Under the pieces are notes generated by a model. It was not told the origin of the DNA. It saw only the letters and a program-made list of their open reading frames with translations, and did no database searches. From Alphaproteobacteria bacterium (lineage in GTDB: Bacteria; Pseudomonadota; Alphaproteobacteria; SHVP01), in NCBI GenBank assembly GCA_038116985.1, contig JAYOEZ010000003.1, positions 2,091-66,090 of the forward strand: a stretch of DNA of 64,000 nt, given 5' to 3'. Below are positions 58,712-64,000 of this stretch, piece by piece; the stretch's first letter is position 1, and each line of letters opens with the position of its first letter. Position numbers and translations under genes: made by a program.

Positions 58712-59542
58712 ATGCGGGTCGCCTGCATCCAGGGGTGCGCCGGCGACGACATGGCGGCGAATCTCGACGTCGTCGAGCGTGCCGTACGTGAAGCGGCCGC
58801 CGGCGGCGCGACCTTCATCACGACGCCCGAGAACGTTGCGTTGATGGCGGAGGACCGCGATAGCCTCTTTGCCCAAACTCCTACTGAGGAAGCGCATCCC
58901 GCGGTTGCCCGTTTTGCACAATTGGCCGCCGACACGAAAAGCTGGCTTCTCGCCGGATCGATCGCCGTGCGGTCGGACGATGATCGGTTGAGCAACCGAT
59001 CATTCCTGTTCGGTCCCGATGGGCGCATCGTTGCCACATACGACAAAATTCACATGTTCGACGTGGAACTGCCGGGCGGCGAGAGCTATCGCGAATCCAA
59101 GAACTATCGGCCCGGCGGCCGAGCGGTCGTCTCGGAATTGCCGCATGCGCGCCTCGGCATGACGATTTGCTACGACATCCGTTTCCCGCACCTTTACCGC
59201 TCGCTCGCCGCCGCGGAAGTCGACATCATCACGGTGCCGTCAGCGTTTACGAAGGTGACGGGCAAGGCGCACTGGCACATTCTGTTGCGTGCGCGTGCCA
59301 TTGAGACAGGCGCGTTCGTGGTCGCGCCGGCGCAAGTGGGGCGCCATCCCGCCAAACGAGAGACCTATGGTCACTCCCTCGTCGTGACGCCGTGGGGTGA
59401 CGTCATTATGGACGCCGGGCGGGGTACCGGCGTGTTCTTCGCCGATCTGGACTTGTCAGCGGTTTCCAGGGCACGTGCATCGGTCCCAGCCTGGCGCGCG
59501 GCACCCGAATTCAAGGTTCCGGAACCAGCGGGGGACTCTTGA
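58712..59542 (+). CDS. Carbon-nitrogen hydrolase (nitrilase-superfamily, Nit-like)
   Basis: 276 aa. The catalytic triad context is TPEN (E), YDKIHMFD (K) and GMTICYDIRFP (C). Confidence 0.85.
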   Translation: MRVACIQGCAGDDMAANLDVVERAVREAAAGGATFITTPENVALMAEDRDSLFAQTPTEEAHPAVARFAQLAADTKSWLLAGSIAVRSDDDRLSNRSFLFGPDGRIVATYDKIHMFDVELPGGESYRESKNYRPGGRAVVSELPHARLGMTICYDIRFPHLYRSLAAAEVDIITVPSAFTKVTGKAHWHILLRARAIETGAFVVAPAQVGRHPAKRETYGHSLVVTPWGDVIMDAGRGTGVFFADLDLSAVSRARASVPAWRAAPEFKVPEPAGDS

Positions 59543-59602
59543 ACTTGCAGATGCCGTCCTATATCCGAACACGAGTGGTTCCATAGAAATTCGTTTTCGA
59601 GA

Positions 59603-60052
59603 ATGATCTCTTTCGACCTGCGCTGCTCCAACGACCATGTCTTCGAAGCATGGTTCGCGAGCTCGGACACGTTCGACCGCCAGAGCAAGGATGGCGAGGT
59701 CGTTTGCCCGGTTTGCGGCGATCACGATCTATCCAAGGCCCTGATGGCGCCGCATGTCGCCACCGGAAAGAACGCTGTGCCGGAGGCAAGCGAGGAGAAG
59801 GTTCCGGTAGCCAGCGGCGCAACGGATCGCGCTGCGGAACTCATGAAGATGGCGCGCGCGCTGCGCGTGGAGGTCGAGAAGAATTTTGATCACGTCGGCG
59901 ACAAGTTCGCCGAAGAGGCCAAAAAGATTCACTATGGCGAAACCGAGCACCGCAATATTTATGGCGAGATGACACCGGACGAAGCCTCGAATCTCAAGGA
60001 CGAGGGCGTCGAGTTCGGCGTTCTGCCCTGGCCTTCGAAGGAGGACGCCTAG
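59603..60052 (+). CDS. DUF1178-family zinc-ribbon protein
   Basis: [40 protein letters not shown] matches the DUF1178 N-terminus as I remember it. Confidence 0.75.
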   Translation: MISFDLRCSNDHVFEAWFASSDTFDRQSKDGEVVCPVCGDHDLSKALMAPHVATGKNAVPEASEEKVPVASGATDRAAELMKMARALRVEVEKNFDHVGDKFAEEAKKIHYGETEHRNIYGEMTPDEASNLKDEGVEFGVLPWPSKEDA

Positions 60053-60771
60053 GCGGCGGTCCGGGTCGCAAACGCGACGTAGTTCACGTCGAGATCCTTT
60101 GTCAGGCGCCAGGTGCCGGCGAGCGGCGCGAACGCGACGCCATGCAGATCGGCGATGTGCAGGCCTGCCTGTTCAAGCGCGCGCCTCAGTTCCGACGGGC
60201 GAACGAACCGGTTCCAGTCGTGGGTTCCGCGCGGAAGCCAACGCAGCACATACTCCGCACCGACAATGGCGAGCGCATAGGACTTCAACGTCCTGTTCAG
60301 AGTTGCGACGGTCATGCACGACCTGTCGTCGCGCATCAACTGACCGCAACTCGCGAGAAACGCCGGAACGTCCTGAACGTGCTCAACGACTTCCATGTTG
60401 AGGATGGCGTCGAACTTCTCGCCCCATTCGGCGAGGTCCTCGGCGGTGGCGCAGACGTAGTCGATCTCGAGCCCCATGTCCGTCGCATGTTGGCGGGCAA
60501 TCCCGACATTCTTCTCCGAGGGGTCGATCCCGACGACCTCGGCGCCAAGACGACGGACCGGCTCGCACAGCAAACCGCCGCCACAGCCGATGTCGACGAC
60601 TCGCAACCCTTCCAGTGGCCTTGGGCTGCCGGGGTCGCGGTCGAACTGCCGGCACAGGGAGTCGCGGATGTAGGTCAGGCGAATGGGGTTCAGCCTGTGC
60701 AGGGGCTTGAATGGCCCTTCCGTATCCCACCAGGTGGCCGCCATGCGTGAAAAACGTTCGACTTCGGTCAT
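60049..60771 (-). CDS. ubiG: Ubiquinone biosynthesis O-methyltransferase
   Basis: [33 protein letters not shown] and SAM motif [14 protein letters not shown]. The start is set at the ATG at 60771. The track ORF extends to 60918, and a slightly more upstream non-ATG start is possible. Confidence 0.85.
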   Translation of the reverse strand: MTEVERFSRMAATWWDTEGPFKPLHRLNPIRLTYIRDSLCRQFDRDPGSPRPLEGLRVVDIGCGGGLLCEPVRRLGAEVVGIDPSEKNVGIARQHATDMGLEIDYVCATAEDLAEWGEKFDAILNMEVVEHVQDVPAFLASCGQLMRDDRSCMTVATLNRTLKSYALAIVGAEYVLRWLPRGTHDWNRFVRPSELRRALEQAGLHIADLHGVAFAPLAGTWRLTKDLDVNYVAFATRTAA

Positions 60772-60842
60772 GTCGACGCTCGCCGATGGGGCCGTGTTGG
60801 GGGTTGAGGGCACGTAGGGCCTCGCTTGCCTGAGAAACGTGT

Positions 60843-60860
60843 CGCGTATATGTATACGCG
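60843..60860. promoter_or_regulatory. Perfect 8-2-8 inverted repeat CGCGTATA-TG-TATACGCG in the ubiG/lysC divergent intergenic region
   Basis: Read directly from the sequence. It is the AT-richest spot of the 162-bp intergenic region, 74 nt upstream of the lysC ATG. It is an operator-like candidate with no known binding protein assigned. Confidence 0.35.
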
Positions 60861-60933
60861 CCCTTGCAAGAGCAAGAAAACCCTTTGCGTGCCGCGGCTT
60901 GCGCTGCGCCCGCAGCAAGCCGTCCCAGTCGTC

Positions 60934-62154
60934 ATGTCAGTAATCGTCATGAAATTCGGCGGCACTTCGGTGGCCGATCTTGATCGAATCCGCAACGCTG
61001 CGTCGCGGATTAAGTCCGAAGTGGATCGAGGCAACAGCGTCGCGGTCGTTGTGTCGGCTATGGCCGGCACGACGAATCAGCTCGTCGAATGGACCGGCGA
61101 GGCCTCTCCGCTGCACGATACGCGAGAGTACGACGTCGTCGTGTCCACCGGCGAGCAGGTCACGGCAGGACTACTCGCGATCGTGCTTCAGGACATGGGC
61201 ATATCGTCAAGGTCGTGGCTGGGTTGGCAGATTCCGATGCGCACCGATTTGTCCCACGGGGCGGCGCGGATCGAGGAGATCGAGGTCGGCGAGATGCAGT
61301 CGCGCTTCGCCGATGGTCAGGTTGCCGTTGTTGCCGGCTTCCAAGGCGTCAGTGCGGAGAACCGGATCACGACGCTTGGGCGCGGCGGCTCGGACACCAG
61401 CGCGGTCGCGCTGGCAGCTGCACTGAATGCCGATCGGTGTGACATCTATACGGACGTGGACGGCGTCTATACGTCAGATCCGCGTATCGTCACGCACGCC
61501 AGGAAGCTGGAGAAGATCACCTACGAGGAAATGCTGGAACTTGCTTCCCTGGGAGCCAAAGTTCTTCAGACGCGATCGGTCGAACTTGCCATGAATCACG
61601 GTGTTCGATTGCAGGTGCTGTCCAGTTTTACCGAATCGCCGGGTACACTCGTTGTCGACGAGGAAGAAATCGTGGAAAAAGAAATTGTCAGCGGCATTGC
61701 CTATTCGCGGGACGAAGCGAAGATCACGCTTCGGCGCGTTGCAGACCGTCCAGGCGTGGCGGCGGCCGTCTTCGGCCCGCTTGCCGAAGCCAGCATCAAC
61801 GTGGACATGATCGTCCAGAACATCTCCCAGGACGATCGGTCGACGGATCTGACCTTCACCGTCACGCGATCTCACCTTGATCGAGCGGTTGCTGTCATTG
61901 AAGGGCGCCGCGACGAGATCGGCTACGACCAGCTCATCTCCGACAAGAACGTCGCCAAGATCTCGGTCATAGGTGTCGGCATGCGCAGCCATGCCGGTGT
62001 TGCACAGCGCATGTTCGCGACGCTGGCGGAACGCGGCATCAACATCCAGGTCATCTCGACCTCGGAAATCAAAGTCAGCGTGCTGGTCGACGAGGCGTAC
62101 ACCGAACTTGCCTTGCGTGCGCTGCACACGGCCTATGGGCTGGACGATGCTTGA
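60934..62154 (+). CDS. lysC: Aspartate kinase
   Basis: The ATG at 60934 gives [19 protein letters not shown]. Also present are [19 protein letters not shown] and C-terminal ACT domains. Confidence 0.95.
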   Translation: MSVIVMKFGGTSVADLDRIRNAASRIKSEVDRGNSVAVVVSAMAGTTNQLVEWTGEASPLHDTREYDVVVSTGEQVTAGLLAIVLQDMGISSRSWLGWQIPMRTDLSHGAARIEEIEVGEMQSRFADGQVAVVAGFQGVSAENRITTLGRGGSDTSAVALAAALNADRCDIYTDVDGVYTSDPRIVTHARKLEKITYEEMLELASLGAKVLQTRSVELAMNHGVRLQVLSSFTESPGTLVVDEEEIVEKEIVSGIAYSRDEAKITLRRVADRPGVAAAVFGPLAEASINVDMIVQNISQDDRSTDLTFTVTRSHLDRAVAVIEGRRDEIGYDQLISDKNVAKISVIGVGMRSHAGVAQRMFATLAERGINIQVISTSEIKVSVLVDEAYTELALRALHTAYGLDDA

Positions 62155-63232
62155 TACTGGCGATACGGACGCCAGGGCCAGACTGGAGGCGCTCTGGCGT
62201 GCCGGGGTCGAGTTTCTCGGCAGCCGATACGCGATCCTCGGCGGCGCCATGAGCTGGCTTTCCGACCGTCACCTCGTGTCGGCGATCTCGAACGCAGGCG
62301 GCTTCGGCGTGATAGCCTGCGGGTCTCTCGGGCCGGACGGACTCGACGCTGAAATCGCCGCGACACTCGAGCTGACCAATCGCCCGTTTGGCGTGAACTT
62401 GATCACGATGCATCCTGAACTCGACGCGCTCATCGATGTCTGCAAGCGCCGCGGCGTGACGCATGTCGCCTTGGCGGGCGGATTGCCTCCTGGCTCGGCC
62501 ATCGCACGTCTCAAGGACGCTGGTATCAAGGTCATCGCATTTGCGCCTGCGGTGGCGATCGCCAAGCGGCTTGTACGCAACGGCGTTGACGCCCTGGTCA
62601 TCGAAGGGATGGAAGCCGGCGGGCACATCGGTCCGGTGGCCACGGGTGTTCTGGCGCAGGAGATTCTTCCTGTTGTTCGTGAGGTGCCCGTCTTCGTCGC
62701 CGGCGGTATCGGCACCGGGAGCGCGATAGCCATGTACCTTGGTGCTGGCGCGGCTGGTGTTCAGATGGGGACGCGCTTCGTTTGCGCAACGGAATGTGTG
62801 GCGCATCCCAACTTCAAGAAGGCGTTCATCCGGGCAAGTGCGCGCGACGCGATTCTTTCTGTCCAGCTTGACGAGCGTTTTCCTGTGATTCCGGTTCGTG
62901 CGCTTGCGAACAAGGGTACGCGCCTCTTCCTTGAGAAACAGAAAGAGGTGATTGCCAAGGTCGACGCGGGTGAGCTTTCACAGGCGGACGCGCAGCTCGC
63001 GATTGAGCATTTCTGGGCGGGCGCCCTGCGCCGCGCGGCGATCGAGGGCGACGTCGAGTTTGGCTCGATAATGGCGGGCCAGAGTATCGGCCTCGTGAAG
63101 AAGGAGGAGCCGGTAGCGGACATTCTCGTGCAACTCGTCGAGGAGGCAGTTGAGGCGCTTGCGTCGCAAGGGGCTTCGAGAGGCGACGCGATCGGCGCGG
63201 GTGCAGCGGTGGAGCGCGCGGCCGTGACATGA
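62147..63232 (+). CDS. Nitronate monooxygenase / NAD(P)H-dependent flavin oxidoreductase (FabK-like) family protein
   Basis: The track ORF 61973.. overlaps lysC. The ATG at 62147 gives 361 aa with GGAMSWLSDRHLVSAISNAGGFGVI, EGMEAGGHIG and AGAAGVQMGTRF blocks of the NMO/2-nitropropane dioxygenase TIM barrel. Confidence 0.8.
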   Translation: MLDTGDTDARARLEALWRAGVEFLGSRYAILGGAMSWLSDRHLVSAISNAGGFGVIACGSLGPDGLDAEIAATLELTNRPFGVNLITMHPELDALIDVCKRRGVTHVALAGGLPPGSAIARLKDAGIKVIAFAPAVAIAKRLVRNGVDALVIEGMEAGGHIGPVATGVLAQEILPVVREVPVFVAGGIGTGSAIAMYLGAGAAGVQMGTRFVCATECVAHPNFKKAFIRASARDAILSVQLDERFPVIPVRALANKGTRLFLEKQKEVIAKVDAGELSQADAQLAIEHFWAGALRRAAIEGDVEFGSIMAGQSIGLVKKEEPVADILVQLVEEAVEALASQGASRGDAIGAGAAVERAAVT

Positions 63233-64000
63233 CCGCCCACGGCGTTGCCGGTCCGCGTACCTTGCTTCGCCGCCTGCGCGAGATGATGGCGAGCGAGAAG
63301 GCGCCGCAGGATCGCCTTGATGCCGTCACCACGATCATCGCGACCGAGATGGTTGCGGATGTCTGTTCGCTCTATTTGCGCCGGGCCGGCGATGTGCTTG
63401 AGCTTTTTTCGACCCATGGCCTGAGGCCCGAGGCCGTCCATTTCACGCGGCTTCGCGTCGGCGAGGGCCTGATCGGCGACATCGTCGCGCACGGTTCCGT
63501 GCTCGCGCTTTCTGACGCCCAGTCGCATCCGCTATTCGCGTACCGTCCGGAAACCGGCGAAGAGCGCTTCATGTCCTTCCTCGGCGTCCCCCTGCAGCGG
63601 GCGGGCCACGTCATCGGCGCGATCGCGGTTCAGCATCACGACGAACGCGAGTCCACGGCCGAAGAGGCTGAGGCGCTGCAGACCGTTGCGATGGTTCTTG
63701 CAGAAATGGTGCACGCGGCGGGGCTCCTGTCGGCGGACGAGGTCGTCGATATCGACGGCAACGCGACGCTTCCTTTGCGCTTCGAGGGAATGCCCTTGTC
63801 CGACGGTGTCGCCGAGGGCGTCGTGTATCGGCATCGTGGACCGATGGCGGTGCGCGAGCTTGTCTCGGACGACCCGCAACGGGAAGGCGAGCGCCTCGAG
63901 GCTGCCATTGAGGAGTTTCTGGAACGCATTCGGAACCTCGTCGAAGACAGCGTGCCCAGGATCGGCGATGCGGAGCAGGAGATCCTGCAGACCTATCGGA
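63229..64000 (+). CDS. ptsP: Phosphoenolpyruvate-protein phosphotransferase PtsP (EI-Ntr), N-terminal GAF part; 3' end cut by window edge
   Basis: Not in the ORF track because no stop occurs before base 64000. Hand translation from the ATG at 63229 (ATGA overlap with the previous gene) gives MTAHGVAGPRTLLRRLREMMASEKAPQDRLDAVTTIIATEMVADVCSLYLRRAGDVLELFSTHGLRPEAVHFTRLRVGEGLIGDIV...FLGVPLQRAGHVIGAIAVQH. This is a GAF domain followed by the EI N-terminal domain. Confidence 0.85.
   Translation, partial: MTAHGVAGPRTLLRRLREMMASEKAPQDRLDAVTTIIATEMVADVCSLYLRRAGDVLELFSTHGLRPEAVHFTRLRVGEGLIGDIVAHGSVLALSDAQSHPLFAYRPETGEERFMSFLGVPLQRAGHVIGAIAVQHHDERESTAEEAEALQTVAMVLAEMVHAAGLLSADEVVDIDGNATLPLRFEGMPLSDGVAEGVVYRHRGPMAVRELVSDDPQREGERLEAAIEEFLERIRNLVEDSVPRIGDAEQEILQTYR

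Overview
High-GC, very gene-dense chromosomal segment. By my calls it holds 63 protein-coding genes (two cut by the window edges), one tRNA-Arg(CCT) and one cobalamin riboswitch. I saw no rRNA, CRISPR array, transposase, integrase, phage gene or recognisable defence gene. Gene content and micro-synteny look like alphaproteobacterial core chromosome: carD-fdxA-TerB-S4-SUV3-like helicase; bolA / J-domain-cobS-cobT; aroK-aroB; xerD-accA; secA / ppiC-argJ-mutT; comF-grxC-nit-DUF1178 / ubiG / lysC..ptsP. The exact taxon cannot be determined from the sequence alone. Blocks 5'->3': (i) DUF1365/cfa-like lipid-modification cluster with SDR, NTF2-like and MFS genes; (ii) VOC protein, esterase, two pentapeptide-repeat proteins, and an amidohydrolase with an unknown coupled partner; (iii) B12 riboswitch-btuB-btuFCD-tonB; (iv) orphan form-II CoxL-like Mo-hydroxylase and orphan FixJ-type regulator; (v) M48 protease, degenerate metallophosphoesterase, CarD/CdnL, ferredoxin, TerB, S4 protein, helicase; (vi) methyltransferase-ATP-grasp fusion; (vii) methylmalonyl-CoA mutase, a tryptophan-motif repeat protein, MeaB; (viii) L28, YhhQ, Upp; (ix) cobS-cobT with YrdC-like and phytase-like genes; (x) a housekeeping run ending in ptsP. 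I did not find a convincing self-contained novel multi-gene system, so this reads as a mostly ordinary core region containing several individually odd genes. The most notable items are: a 416-aa protein made of 16 copies of an [IVF][DE]P[PD]W[AV] motif inserted between mcm and meaB; a SAM-methyltransferase/Ddl-like ATP-grasp fusion; a CarD/CdnL with an approximately 98-residue histone-H1-like Lys/Ala/Pro N-terminal tail; a metallophosphoesterase homologue whose metal ligands appear substituted; TAG as the majority stop codon (32 of 62 stops); and 6 of 11 convergent gene pairs sharing a 4-nt CTAG stop/stop overlap. All family assignments come from reading motifs by eye. No database search was run.
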